Below, piece by piece: positions 35,637 through 50,600 of a stretch of DNA of 64,000 bases. This stretch comes from Phoronis australis. Lineage: Eukaryota > Animalia > Phoronida. Under the pieces are notes generated by a model. It was not told the origin of the DNA, made no database searches, and saw only the letters and a list, made by a program, of their open reading frames with translations. Position 1 is the stretch's first letter. Every line of letters starts with the position of its first letter. Both the position numbers and the translations under genes were made by a program. The stretch is taken from contig NMRA01000139.1 of NCBI GenBank assembly GCA_002633005.1, forward strand, positions 124,001 through 188,000, read 5' to 3'.

Positions 35637-38600
35637 AACTACTGTCAAAGTTAATAACATGTTAGTTCTTTTCCAATGGTAATTGACTAAAAACACAACA
35701 TGTATTCTGAATTTCATTTTCCACTTAGCGATTTTGTTTGGGCCAGAATTCAAACAACCTCAAATATAAGGCTGTGGGGATAATATATACTAAGTTTTAC
35801 AGTATAGTTCGTCATCATGCCAAATGGGTTACTTGCATATTTATTCTTGCCATAGTAAGGTAGGTCATCTGTGATGCTGTTTTTGTGTTTTTGGTATGGG
35901 TGGTGATTGTTGCCATCAATTTGTTGCACTTTCAAGTCAATATGTCAGTGACAGTTGACAAAAGCTGGTGAAACAAATTTATGACTTTTAATACCTTAGA
36001 CATCATTTTCTTTAAAATGTTCTGCTGATAACTGGTTTATGGTTGAAATAAATGCTGCTGTATAAAGGGCCAAAGTGACTTTAAAAAATCCAAAATTCTT
36101 CATTCGCATAATTTTACTTCATTTGATGTGATCACAACCTGAATATCTTTTCCGGCATGGCTTGCTGAAAATTTGAACACGTTTTCAAATTGTTAATGTC
36201 ACTGCTCTTTCCTTGATGTGTTCCAGCATCATTGCCTTTTCCTAGTCTGAATCAGAATTGTTTGCCATCAAGATAAAAAAGTCGTATTGTACAGTTTTAT
36301 AGATCTGCGAAAAGTTTGCTTAACTAATGTGTGGGTTGATCATTTTACGTTATCTTGTATTGCTATGGAACGTCAATATTTTACTCGCTGTATTTAAATG
36401 TGATAGTCGCTGTCTGTTAATGGCAAGTATTGTTACTCTTCCTGTCACCTGTGTGAGACATCAAAGCGTCACATATTTGGTTTGCGTCACCATCTTCTAC
36501 TGCCAATCTCAAATGTTCATCGTTCATTGCTGCGATTGATTTGTGAAAAAAAATCTATGTTTTTACTCATTCTCTTGCGAATAATTACTTGAAGAGCTTC
36601 TCTGATGTCTGTGTAACTGGTTGAATGTAAGTTGCTTTGATGAGCAATTAGCTTCTTTACAAACAATTTCTAAAACCTCATTCGCATTAACTTTTTATAG
36701 CTTTTAACTCCAATCTACTACTGCTTTGGTGTAAAAAGAGACTCATAGACTTTAACTTGTTCAAAATGTCGTGAACACTCCATCAGACATGAGAATAGCA
36801 ATGCATGCATTACCTCTTGAAATAGTTATACCAAATTAACTCTTTCTTTTTAAAATACATTGGCCTTCAAATGTCACCCTCTTGCCTTTTTTTTAGTTGT
36901 GTCGTGCAGCGCTGACTATTAAGGGTTGTACCAGTGGCTATTTTTGCCTTTAGTGCTGGCTGTTTCTAGGCACCAGAGGTCACTGCTGAACAACCAAGTT
37001 GTCATAGCAAACGAGGAGCACTAAACCTCACTTTCATGTCACCTGTTGTCTTAATTCCTGAGATTATTTTGACAATTGAGTAATGTCGTGTTGCACCTTT
37101 CACCACACTGATTATTTTTCCTAGATTATGCTAGTTGCTTGCTAATTCCTGTATTCTGCACTCATGCTTTTTTCGGCGATGAGGTAAGATTATATTGGTT
37201 GTATAACGGTGGTGCTGTGCACACCACGGGCTTTGCCTTCTTTTGTCCTTCAAAACTACCGTGAAGGGGTGAAATGGTGACATACCGCATTCATGGAGAG
37301 CGATCATTGCTGAAGGCGAGCAGTCATAGTTTCTTTCCATAATTGTACTGCCGTTCATCTCTGCTATATGAGGATCACAATTATGATTTCAGTGTTATTA
37401 GAAGCCACCTTGGCTACAAGCAAATTATGCAATGGGTGTGGATCTCGAGAAGAATTCAATGGTGTCTGTCAGTTTTGATTTGCTACAAAGGAGTATCCCT
37501 TGCGGTAGTCTGTTGTTGGAACCTCTCCGGCCATGATCATGGATTCGCACATGTACTCCTTCACAAGAGGAGGGTTTGAATATTGAAAAAGCACTGCGAC
37601 GTCAACCTGCTTTCGTTGAAAGCTGAAAAGTGTTTGGTTTGCCGTAATCAAATAGCCATTTTTCCATATACCTTGCCACTAGATGACGTTAGGGTAGTAA
37701 TGGTAGACAGCGTTCTATTACGCTGTGGTGTGTGCAATGGCAATTTCATTTTTTGTATGAATGAAGACAATTGGATTTCTTGCCTGTCATCTCTGGTCCA
37801 TCTTGCACACGGATATTAGCCATATCGTGTCCCAAACTGGATAATTTTCCGCTATTTTTGCACATTATGGAGATTATTAAGTATATACGGTATGGAGACC
37901 ATTAAGTATAATAGCACGCTCATTTAGGATAGCTGATTGGTCTTGTGTTCCGGCGCTGTTGCTTTTTTGGGCAATACATCGCTATTATTTAACTGAGCGC
38001 CAATCGTGAAACACCAAGGTAGTAATAAAATAGCGTCATGACCAAGATTCATGTTAAAAAAAGTTTCAAGTGGTATATGATCTATCTTGGGCCATGTGGA
38101 CTGTAATTGGCCTGAATTATGATTAGGAGTTGATGAATGGACAAGGCCAGGCAATTCTCTTCATATGACAGATAAACTGATTAACACATTGCCATGTTGT
38201 ATGGCTGCCACTAATATTGTGAGCTGTGGGGAGCAGTATCCTTGAAAGTCAGACTTGAAGCATTTATGATGTGTGCAGCCTTCCTGTTTGTTGGGAGAAC
38301 TCGTTCAGTCAATGTTGGTACATAACCACTTGTTTGATTCACTTTCTCAATACAAAAGTAACATGTTAATTGAAAGGCAATGGCAATTTCAACCAAACTA
38401 TTAGATACTTTGTCGGCTAGAAGATTTGCGTTTCATTAGCAGACCCAAATCATGAAATTTTGTAGTAGCACCTATTGGCAAAGATGTGTGTTAACCTGAC
38501 GCTTTGATCAGTGTTTGTTTTGAAAAGAGTGGATTTGCCTTTATTTGAAATTACTGTATCAACCTATTGTTTTCATTGGAGAGTCTTGAGTAGCCATTCT

Positions 38601-39507
38601 TAAGGAGAATATTATGTCCCAGGGGTCCATCCATTCTTGGCAAGAACTGTTGGTTTTATACATTGAGGTCTATGAAGGAAACCAGTGAACACTGGAACAT
38701 TGGTAGAATGCATTTTACCTACACCAGTTTTTATCTAGATTAACCTACATTTAACAAGTGCATTGCGATTAGAGTTTTCCCCTAAACCCACGGGGTCCAT
38801 GTTTCAACCGGGTAAATTCGTGAGGCACTTAAATTGCATTGGTCCTTTAACTAAGTGGAATTGGGAGTTGGGTGGGGAGTGTTTAGCCAAAAGTCATTTA
38901 CCGATCCTTTCACTGGGTAGAGTAATTTGTTTACATTTCCAGTAATAGTTAATCGGCAGCTATGATCTCACAACGAATCCTTGTCTAAAAACATTCTGAC
39001 ATGTGGCCGTCTCACTGGCGTAATTACGAAGTGATTGACCGAGATTTTTCAGATCGGAGCAACTCCTGAGTTGTCACCTAAGTCAATGGCTTGTTCAGTT
39101 TGAGTGATAAGGACAATATTAAAGTAAAATTAAATGTCCACTGCCGTTGGTCATTTAACTGTCATATCCTGCTAGACATCGCTACAAATAATGCGGTCTT
39201 TGCGAGAGAGGCGTATGTATTTGTATCAGTTTTCGCCGACACTTCCTGTTGTTGTAGTTTCGGGCAACGCGTTATTTACTACGTTTCTTAAAAGGAATTT
39301 ACGTGACTGAAAGTTTGCATTGGGGCAAGGTAAAGTATGCTATTTATGGGACTACATTTTGTTTAATGTTTATTTTTGTTTGTTAAGCCCTGAATCTCAC
39401 AATATGTGTATAACATTGCTACAGTCTATATATACATATATGTATAATTCAAGTGCCTGTTTTTATTCTTTCATATGTTTAGTATTTTTAACTTTCTCCT
39501 TTTCCAG

Positions 39508-39556
39508 CTGAGCCTGCAAGAAAAAATCTCCAGAGCCAAGAACCAAGTGCTGAAGG
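39508..39556 (+). other. candidate small host exon
   Basis: Strong acceptor TTTCTCCTTTTCCAG, purine-rich 49 nt, donor GG|GTAATT; another donor AAG|GTAAAG at 39330. Gene identity unknown. Confidence 0.3.
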
Positions 39557-41958
39557 GTAATTTTTATCATTTTTACTGCCTTGTCCTGGCCACAAGTGTT
39601 GCACTTTGAATAAACATTTCCATAGCAACAGTCAGTTTGTGACTTTTATTGTATCCAAGGCATCTAGGCACTTACTGGGGCAACTCAAAATCACCATTAT
39701 CAAATTAAATAAACCATTTCTTTGAGTCTGTGAAAACTACTGACTGTATTAAAACAATATTCCTCCACAGAAACTGCATGTTACTTGGTTCATATCAGGA
39801 GCGAAATTGCTAGTTTTTCAATGGTGAAAATTTCAGTCAGACATATGTACTGTCCACAAAGGGGTCATTTTCGTCGGCATTTTCCACAATAGCCCTATTT
39901 CTTTTAAAGGAAAATTGGAGCTAAAACATGCTCAGTCTGTATTAAGGTCAGTATACAGGAATAACACAGGTGAAGGGTGTCGAAATAGTTACAAGCATTT
40001 TTGTACTTCAAAAAACTTGTACTGAAAAAAGCTTGGGGCATTTTGCCCTTACCTTCAGCTAAATTTGAACCCTGAGGCGTGCTTTCTCTCGTGCATATGT
40101 GTCCTTTGAATTAAGTGGTATTGCTTCATAAATTGTGGCAAAATGCCAACAGCTTTGGCCAAGCCAAAGTGCCAGCAAAAGTAATTCTGGCAGCTGTTCA
40201 CAATACCGCTTGCCGTTTTATCTACCTTAGCCTGTATGTGAATTTTTTATAATTTATTTTGCTTCAAATAAATTCGTATTTATTGCGTCTTGCTAAGTTG
40301 TCTTTTTCACAGGTCTCTCCTTGAATTTTCTGAATGTTGTTCAGTAGTAAACGGATGACACTTTTTAAATTGAGGGCTTAACGGGAAGTTCTGTAAAGCC
40401 ATGCAGACATATGATATTTAGCTTGTGGCGTGATTGATCCCAAATGAAAATCTCTTTAACATATCATTTAGGACAGGACATTCACAACTTTCTTTTTTGT
40501 GACCTCAGTAGTTCAAGTAGTGTAGAATAAATCATGAGTCGTGGCCCAATGTGACATATTTATGTACTTTCCTCTCCTTTTTGTCATAAACAAAGCGTGA
40601 AAAAGAATTGACAAAACTGACCTTGTTTAATTCATGGTTTGTTGGAGGCGTGCAGCAATTCTTTTTGCACAGTTCTTATGAAGCACCATCTGTGCTGTCC
40701 AACTTGGAGATGGGCCTTAATCTGTAGAAACACGGAAACCTAGAGAAAACATTTTAAATGGATCCAGTCAAAATTTTCTGCGTTTGGGGACCAAGGATCA
40801 ATTATTCTTTTTAGGCATTGACGGAATTTCCAATATTGTGATTTAGTCTTTGATAAATTTGATGCCCAGCCCCCTATTGGTGTTTGCACTGTTGAAAGAA
40901 ACTGTCATGAGTCTCGCTTGGCTTCATTTTTGTTCTTTCAATAATGTATCTCAACACACAACTCTGGTACTGTTCTAGACCTATGTTGTTCTGTTACACT
41001 GTGCACTGTAAGTGCTTGGTAGATAGATGTCCTCTGGTGAGCCAGTGGTCGTGTAGTTAATTCTGACTAGTTGACTGCCATTACAAAAGACAATTTTTTT
41101 CATGTTTTTTGAGGCCGAAACACAAACTCCTATTTGTCAATGGTATTTTACATTCAGCAGCCCCGCGGGGGTGTCTATTTAACAATACACCTTTTTGAGG
41201 ATTCACAAAATAAACCTAGTAGTCTTGACGTCTTGGTGTGAAGTAATACAACATTGACAGCCCAGCCTTTTATTGGATGACCTCAGGTGGGTTGAGGTTG
41301 TAGCCAAGTGTTTTTCAGTGTGTCCTGGTGATGTTTTCTCAACTGTGTGTCATAGCAAATAGTTTGTTAGTAGTTTTTGTGTGGTCAAAATTGACGGACA
41401 ATGAGTGCAGGACAAGTTATGTTGGTTTGCTGTTCAAGGAACAGCTTTCGTGGGATAGCTTCTTAATGTTGCGGTATTGGCTTTCATTCAGGATCGTTTG
41501 ACCCTGTACAGCTTTGTGATTGGATTGTAGAACATTCACGCATGAGAGCAGTTCTCATCTTTGGAAGCGCCGTGCTGAATTTTGTTCATAAAGATTTTTA
41601 TATTTTTAAGCTGTCAATTTTAGTAAGTGAAGCTTTCACAGTGTTTTCCACAACTGCAAAGTCGAACGTGTTGGAACAGTGAACGTCTGCAAACGTGCCT
41701 GAAACATTCAAAAGCAGCTGATGTTCTTGATATCTTGAGTGCACATTAACCTGCTTCGTTCTTAGATGTACTTGAACAGTAATGACCTGTTATTGTTAAG
41801 CACAATAAAGCACTTCATTAAAAGACATCCTGTAAGAGGACATTCCTAAACTGGTCACTATTTTTTCATTGGCTGTGAGCAAGTGTCACTGAACGGGTTG
41901 TGGTGGCACAATAAAACAGGCCCTGGAGAGCATTGCTTTCCTTTGAATCAAGTCACTG

Positions 41959-42077
41959 TTAAACAAGCGTAGGAAAGTTATACCGGTATACGTAACTTTA
42001 AATGAGCACTGTTAAGTTGTACTGGTACATGTTACTTTAAACGAGTATTAGAAAGTTAGACTCGTGTACATGTAACT
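41959..42077 (+). repeat. degenerate 39-bp minisatellite, 3 copies
   Basis: TTAAA...AAGTT...TAACT units start at 41959, 41998 and 42037. Confidence 0.6.
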
Positions 42078-44604
42078 TACCGTAAAACGCTCACAGGAGA
42101 AGGTAACCATAATCTATTGTTTTCCTTTTATGTTTATGTTGGATCTTATCAACTTGTCTCACTAAGCGACAAAACTGTAAAGTTTAACTCAGGAAAAGTC
42201 TATATTTTCTAGTAAAAAGCCTGCATAATTAGATTTTTTACTTTATACCAGCCTGCCATTGATTGGGTCACGTAACCATGTCTTTTTAGTAAAATTTGGA
42301 AAATAAGATGGGTACATTAATAACAAAATATCGTCATAAATAAAGCAAATTTTGTTTGATTTAAATTTTTAAGTTAAAATCTTAAAACCGCTGTTACAGT
42401 TTTCTAAATTATCATTTTGTTTTCATTTCACTCAAGTTAAACGATTTTTCATCAAACTCATTAAAATCCTATATTTGATAACCTCTCTTGCAAAAGGGAT
42501 CATTGTATAACTAAGTCCTATCTGAATTGTTGTCAACAATGAATGAAACAGAGTAGCCCACGTTTCATATGGATTCGAAAAGCCTATTCTGAGATGTGAT
42601 ATTCCAAAGTTAGCCAGATGTCGGCATAAGTGATAAAGCTTCTCCCAAATCCAAGCTTTTCATCCCAGAGCTCCTGTATGTCGCTCCTGGTCCATGTACC
42701 AGCATTATCCTTTACAAGTAGATCGTGTCCTGCCATGTTTGATTCTGCTTGTAATTTGGAACATTTCATGTATTGACAGTCTCTAATGGTGATAGCATTT
42801 TCAGTTTTAAAACCCAAAATATTTTGCCAACAAAAGTGATCATGCCTGATTGAAAATTGAATTCAAGATGCATTTTCAATGATATCCCAGATATAACGTT
42901 AAATTCTTCAGCAATTGATATAAATTGTAGAATTGATGCATTGCATGTCAAAAATATTACCCATTTTCTTACTTTATTATCACAGTGGTGAGAGTGGACA
43001 AAAAATATTTAAAAATTTATTTGATCCAAGAAGTCTTAAGTCTTTTATTGTAGTTTGTTAGCAGTCTAATTTTTTAAAACAATCGCTATTCCAACATGTT
43101 TTCTCCAGTCAAATATCGTGCTCACATCATTAATCGAGTAACGTGCGTGTGTTCCCTTGCACACACCGCCGCGCTCATTACACAGTTGACAGGATATGAT
43201 GTCAGACGTCTTTATTACCCCAGTGTCATTACGGAGCTCTGCCCACCAACTGGCTAATGAACGTTTACCTGATATAACGAGCCGAGTGTCTCAGGTGAGT
43301 AGCAGTGAAACGATGCTGGTTTGATTCCACAATGACTTGCCACTCTATTGTTTCTGTAAGTTCTTGTTTCTTCCGGTTTTTTCTCTGGGTGCAGAAACTT
43401 TGAATCTATTATACTGAGATCTTTCTCAAACCATTCTCCTTTAGATTCATTGTCAAAGAGAACTGTTCGTTTTAGAAATTGTTACTACGGTAGTAAAATA
43501 GTAGATAGGTCTTGGGTTACCTAGCAACTTGGTTTGATTTACTGGTCAGCCCACATCGAATCATCAGATTATTCGTCGAGCAACTATTTTTATTGTTTTA
43601 AGTATCATTTCGGTAATGCCATGAGATAATGAGACCAAACCCCACTCTCAATGTCTGTCACATTAGGCTTTGCCAATTAGTTTCTAAGCACCTCCATTGT
43701 CTTATCCATCGCTTTTTTATACTAATTTGTTCTGATGTCTCAGTTGGCCACTTCAATTCATTTAGCCTATACATGAGTTATAACACAATTTCTTAATTAA
43801 ACTATGCTTGTAGAATCTTTACTGCATTACCCTTGTTACAGTACTAAATTTCCCTGGGTATCAGTCTCTAATGTGTTTATCAAGGCACTTGTGATAGCTC
43901 CACTTTCAGGTCCTCCCGAGTCTATTTTTGGAAACGCTGGGACAACCCTATTGTTGCCAGTCGACAAGTGAGCCATTATTTCTGTGTATAAATACATAGA
44001 TTCCCCTTTAGTTATTTTTATCCCCCATTCATGCAATTTTATTAATAGCTGTTTTACAAACACTACAACAGCCAGAACTACTACGTACTAGGAGTAGTAG
44101 TAGTCGTAGTAGCAGAGTAGTAGTAGTTTGCATCTGACCGGGAGATGTATCTTGTCACTTAGAAACTGGGAAAACCGATATGCCGCTTTGTCATTGGTGT
44201 TTTTGGTGCAATTGGTGCACAGATTTTTAAGGCTTTAAATTTACATATAAGGATAAAAGGGAATTTGATTGGTTAGATTGTGGTGTGGCCGGGTAATATG
44301 CGTATGTTCAATCGCACGACGTGGATCTTTTTTCGAAGGAGGTCTACAGTATTGATTAGAAGATGCAAATTGCGTGCTGTGAAAAGCCCCCTCGAGGTAT
44401 TTTTAGCATTTTAATCTCGATGGACTTTTTTGTGCTTTAAAGTAGAAAATGTCTGTTTTGGCTACTGTAACCATTCATTAAAAGAGTGGCCATTGCCATG
44501 TAAAAGCATACGTCGTTTGATTTTATTTTATCTCATTCTTAAAACATGTCAAGAGATAGGGTTAACACAGCTAAAATAATTCATTTTGACTAAGTTTGGA
44601 TTTA

Positions 44605-44675
44605 GAGGAGGCAGTGTGGCCCAGTGTGATTGGTGCCTGCTTTCTTTATTTAAGGCTGTGGATTCGATGTGACCT
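44605..44675 (+). mobile_element. possible decayed tRNA-derived SINE head
   Basis: GGAGGCAGTGTGGCCCAGTG (A-box-like) ... GGATTCGATG (B-box-like); no cloverleaf. Confidence 0.25.
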
Positions 44676-44845
44676 GTGCAATGGGTTCACTACGCAGCCT
44701 GTGCACGTATGGTACAATGTGTACCAAACCGCCTGCAACTTTGTAAAAATAAGTTTGGATTCTGTGAAATGTTGGAATTGCAAAATTGCAAAAGAATCTT
44801 GCACAACGCTTACAAGTAATTAATTAAAGGCCTTTGCTTGGCAAC

Positions 44846-45178
44846 AGTTGCTCTTTATGTTTCGGAGGAACGTAAATTGTCAACATTGCCGGGGCATCTG
44901 GGATAGTGTGGTGGATTTCCTCACTGGCGTCCCGTGTGATTGTAAATCACGGTGACAAATACTACGACTCTGCAGCCAAAATTGTTTGGAGGTGGGAGAA
45001 GCGGACGAGGTAAGACAGACGCAGACGCACGCTTGTGGAGGTGGTACCGTTTTTTTTTTTTAGTCCTCTCGATTTTTGTCGGCAGAAGGTCCACACCGAC
45101 TATTTCAAGGCTCGCTGCGCGCATGTTTCGGGCCGTAAAAATTTCCGCGTTTTTCTCCATTGGTCATTCCAAGCCCCG
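44846..45178. mobile_element. partial, diverged copy of the MITE at 47182-47686
   Basis: AGTTGCTCTTTATGTTTCGGAGGAACGTAAATT ... ATTCCAAGCCC is collinear with 47350-47686. Confidence 0.8.
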
Positions 45179-47181
45179 TCCTTTCGAAACCCTGGCAGTA
45201 GGGGGATCCCATTTCTCATATTCGCGTCTGGCAACGGGCTTTGCACCCCCTTTTGGCCATTCACCACCACGCTCCTTTCAAAACCCAGGGGAAACACTGC
45301 TTGTATAGTGGTGTGGAAATGCTGATGGAGTATTTCATGTGTAGACAGGCAATGCCACCTCCAGTTTACTTGTAACTTCACAGAGATTATAAAACAATGG
45401 ATTGTCTTGATAGTTTATAGTTATTCTTTGTTATCTCCATTTCATCCAATCAACACTGTTGTAGGGTGGGATGTTCAAATTGTTTAGTAGACACTTTAAC
45501 ATTTATTAATGTTTGTGAATGAAAGAACCTACATTCCATCTTCATTAGTGTTAAAGCTGCTATTGAGCGGTTTCTAGTGTCGAAAGTGGATTTTATCCAC
45601 AGCTCTTATGCTTTTCTAAAGCAACATTGCCATACTCTTTTTTTCCTTGAATTGAAATCAGTGACATAAAACACCAAAACAAACAACTTAATTGGATATG
45701 GCCTGACAACTATGATCATTTCCAGTCTGAGGACTGAATAAGATAAAGTAGATTTTTATGATAGTAGGTGACCTGAATCAAAAGCTGTTTTTGGCAGAAG
45801 GCGCGGTTAATTGCGCCTTTAACTTTGATGTTCTTTATCTTCAGAATTAGAAATCGAGTCGGTCAGAAGTATTTTTTGGGCTTTAAGAGTTGTACAGTGA
45901 ATAATACCTGTTGTACATGCTCACCTTGTGCTCCCAACTAATGTGACTATTGTGTTGGAACACAGGTATTTTTGAATGGCGATTAGTGCCTTTGTCAGAA
46001 GAAATAATTTTAGTTCAATTAAGGTAATTATCACTTTCAGTTTTCTTTAGTTATGCCGTGTCCAGGATGTTGCTTATTGGTGATATTTCCCTTTTGTCAA
46101 AATTGTTTTATCTTACTAGTTGTCATAATTGCATTACAAAACACTTTTGGTGCTCAGTCCTTCTCAGTTTATTAGTGTTCCCTTAATAGTAACAACGTCA
46201 GACGTCAAGTCGCTAGATGCCATTGTCCTGTGATGGCTCCCTGTAATAATATTTTCACTTTTTTCCATAAAATAATATCTGTAAACGGTGTTTCCTGTCT
46301 TCTTTTTTCCCATAATTATCCAAGTTAAATAGGGTTGGTCGTCGTATCTTTGTGTATACAATTATCTCACAACATACCGGTGACTGATGGTAAATTGTTG
46401 AAATTAAGTTAATAGAAATGTTTTGCAGATGTTATCAAGTTTTTTTGTTAAGGTTACGTCAAAATTTGGGAAGGAAATTGAAAACCAATTAAAATTTGCT
46501 AGTCATAAGACCTTTTTATACTGACTTAACTCCGGTCTGATAAAGCTTTGACGTAAACGAATCTATTCTACGTACGGCACACGACATGATCGGTGGGGAA
46601 GTTGTTCAAATGTATCCCATTGCCGCTGACATTACTACACCCGCACACCATACACTATAGGCATTTTAGCCCATAGATCGACAAGTACAGAACGTCTAAG
46701 AAATGGCACTCAGCTGTTATGCAGTGTGGCTCCCCAGTAAATACGTGGCCACGAGGATGTCGTATGAACCACTTTACGCTGATTGGTTGAGATTCTTTCT
46801 GCGGCGCTCGAAGGGGCTACGAATTATGAGCGGTGTAATTTGCGTTGCAATTAATTACTTTCCGTGGTATGTAAGAAGCAAAAACAATATTTTTTATGAA
46901 CAATACATACATTTCTGGTGTCAAAAAGGCGTTTTAGTCACTGGACGCTATCTTTAAGTTAAAAGTGTTACCAATTATGGTTCATGTAGATTTATTGAGT
47001 TTTGTTTGATAGCAATGCACTGCAATTTTCATAGGTTATACATACATCACAGAGCGTAAATTTAATGAATTCTAGCTTACGATTTCACGTGTTTTGGAGA
47101 CCAGGTTTCAACCACTTTTGGGCTATAATAAGCACTCCCCTTCCTGAAGCGAATTTTTCTAAGCGCCCTGGGCACTTATTA

Positions 47182-47686
47182 CAGGGCTTGGAATTTTCCG
47201 CGGAAACGCGGATTTCCGCTTTTTTCAAATGTTCTTTCCGCGCATTTTATAATATTTCCGCGTAAAAAAATCGGATTTGGTATAAAATTTCCGCGGCAAA
47301 TTCCTTTCTTACCGCGGCGTTGCAGACGACGTTCACCTCGAAAAGCGGAAGTTGCTCTTTATGTTTCGGAGGAACGTAAATTTTCAACATTGCCGGGGCA
47401 TCTGGGTAAGCGTTGTGGGATTTTCAATGGCGTCTCGTGTTATTGCAAACCTCGGCGACAAATACTACGGCTCTGCAGCCAAAAATGTGTGGTTTGGGAG
47501 TGGAAGGACGATAACGACGAGCTAAAAGGACGCAGACGCTTGCTACTGATGGTGGTAACGTTTTTTTTTAGTGATCCCGATTTTTGTCGGGGAAAGGTTC
47601 ACATCGACCATTTCACGGCTGGATAGCGCGCATGATTTGGGCCGTAAAAGTTTCCGCTTTTTTGTCATTGGTGATTCCAAGCCCTG
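47182..47686. mobile_element. hAT-like MITE with 6-bp TSD, inserted into an older ...AAATACGGTA-ended MITE
   Basis: TIR CAGGGCTTGGAAT / ATTCCAAGCCCTG; TTATTA on both sides; subterminal TTCCGCG repeats. Confidence 0.85.
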
Positions 47687-50600
47687 TTATTAGGGCAAAT
47701 ACGGTACTAGAAAACGGAAATTAGCAGCGAACTGTTGAATTTCTACCATCTTACAGTGTAAACTTTATTCATTCTGCCTACATTTCATATTCATCAAGTG
47801 AGCTAAATTTGTCAAAGGTTTGGGACACCATGACTGATGGACATCTCTGTACCACCAATTTCACTCATTTCGTCTAGTTCTCTCATTTTGCATCATAACT
47901 TGACATTTGTGCTCATGTGACTGATGAAGACCAATGGATGAATAGGTACGGAAACAGATTACGTTGTACCCCTAGCAACAATACCGGACTCAACATCGGA
48001 GACGAACGAGATGGGGGTTGTCTGTAGACACGAACTACGTAATGCATTTGTTCAAACCAGCAAACTTCAACAGAGTAACTTCAAAATCTGAAAGTGATAT
48101 ACCGCAGCATCTGTGAACCATATAGATCAGCATATTGACCATGTTCTTTTCTTAAATCTGAAATTATGTGGTCTTTTTCCCGTTAGAACTTTTGGCTGAA
48201 TGGAATTTGAAGTGGAGAAGTGTCCAGAGTTTACTACTGAGATGGTGGAATGTCCTGTACCACCTCAGTACTGTGATGTCGCAACGTCCCGTCCCTCCGT
48301 CACAATCACAATTTCTGTTAGTGTTGAACATGTCGTTGAGGATTCTGTCTTTCGTCAAGGTTTCCTGTTGGGCCTCTGAGATCTCCTACAAATCAATCAT
48401 TTGCCAAGTGTTTCCACTATCTACCATCTGGGTCTCAGGCTGTCTCAATGACTGGTGCTGTGTGTGCCCAAGCATGGTTTGGTCACAAGGGACTGAGTGT
48501 GAGCCAAGCCTAACTTGTCATATTGATTGGCGAGTACAAGATTATTGGTTGAACAAGCGTTCTCGTGACTTGACCCATATTTCTTAATTGAATGTAGAGT
48601 ATACTGAGTACTGGTGGAAAAACATGTTTTTATTGCGGGATAGCAATTCCTTCTCTTATGTCTCGATAATTGATTTTTCAGCACCAAAAGTTTTAGTAGC
48701 GACTTTGACTGTTAGTTGTTGAAAGTGTGACTTCCTTTGCAAAAGACACAATGAAATTTATAAGTATTTAATTGCAAAAAACATTTTTCATTGTCATTCT
48801 ATGCGATCGTTTTTCCAATTTGATGTTGACGAAAAATTTTGATTAGGTGGGTGGCGAACCTCCATGATTTCATTTTGCATTTAACTTTCAAAATAAAGTT
48901 AATGAGTTATGATTCGTACAATTGGGTTAATTGTCATGAACTGATTTTATCCCCCAATGTAAACTGGCTTTAAAAAACAGATTGAGGCGTTTTGTCCCTT
49001 GCTTGAGGGAAAACGTCCACCTCTTTGGAGTAAAACGTCCAAGGATAGGCATTTTGCCTACGAAAATAAAATATTAATTCTAAGTTTTAATTAGTTGTGT
49101 AAAGTGAAGATGTAGCAGCAATATGCCTATAATAATATAACTGGAGTATATCTATCTAAAACTTAATGATAAAATAGCCATTAAATAATCACGCATTACT
49201 ACCATAGTTTAACATAACTAAAGTAAAATTTCCTCAAATACAAAATAAATTTTAATTTTTTCATGTTTTAAATGCTCCCTATATTAGAAATGTTCTAAAT
49301 TTTATCGTATGTTAGTTCGTGACAGCCATGGTATATAAAGTTTTTTAAACAAACAAGTAAAATTGTCTTCTTGTTTACTCTTTTTGAAAATTTGGATGAA
49401 ATGAAATTCCACTCTTTTGCCATATTGTGTTCTAATTTAAAGAACAAAACCAATTTCAATTGTTCAGCTTTCGTTTGTCTTTTGGAACATGTTGCTTAAA
49501 TAGCCGAGTGACATTGTCATGTCAGTGAAAAGCAAGGCATCTGATATGATACGCTGTCAACCTAGATGCCAACAGGTCAATGCTCTTTCCATTTTTGTAA
49601 CTCATGTTCCATTTTGTCAGCTTTGACAGTAAATAGATTTTCAAGGGACAGCTTGTAGATTACTTGATGAAGCTGACAATTTTTTGCAGGTGACCAACAG
49701 CAAATGTGGCCGGAATCTACAGAATGTGCTGTATATAAAACACAAACTGTTGACCTGTAGTTGTTAGGTCAAAGGTCAAATGGGAATGCATTACCAACTT
49801 TTTGATTTCATTCAGCACCAGCAGTACAGAAGTGTACATATCAACTGACCTATTTTCATGACCTTAAGTAAAATGACTTCAAGATAATACAATATAAATC
49901 TAACCATTGATTTATAAAATAAGTGTTTCAGCCATTGGCACTGAGTTGCACCTGTGTCTGTGGTTGTATCAGGGTATTTAGTTTTTAGATTTGCTTGGCC
50001 TGTGTCATGTCATTACCTTGGCGCTAATGCACATTAGTCTACATGTGATTTCTGACTGGCATGTGTACTACCCAGTACATTTGAGGACTTAGATTGAACG
50101 AAAAAATACAGTAGCATCGCCCTTGTTGTCTTCTTGCCTATGTCAACTGTTCCACTCACCCGTTGCCTAGTAACATAGTTCCTGTGAGCTGCCTCGCTTG
50201 ACGTCACTGGTGGTTGATGCTAGCTAGTTTGCTGTTATTATACAAGCTTGGTGAAACAGTCTCAGGTGTATTCAACCATGGACACATGGGACACAAACAC
50301 CAAACATCAACACAAACACGAATACAAATAACACAGACAGGATGCAGAAACAATTAGTGGAAGTACTCATGTTATTCATCAAGCTGTAGGCAGGGACTCT
50401 TAATCCAATTGCCGAATTCACCATAGCCCAGAGTACCTGACCTGGCCGTGGATTATTGAGTCTCCCAGTCTTCCAGGAGCATTCCACATCAACATTTTCA
50501 GCCCAACACATTGCACCACACAACAGTTGTGTATGATCTGCAAAATACGTCCCTGTAGATTTTCTAAATATGAGTGAGATGAAACGAGGGGTAGATAGAA

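Noticed and set aside
39796-40074. hAT-like MITE CAGGAGCGAAATT ... AATTTGAACCCTG
   Set aside because: Weak TIR match and no TSD.
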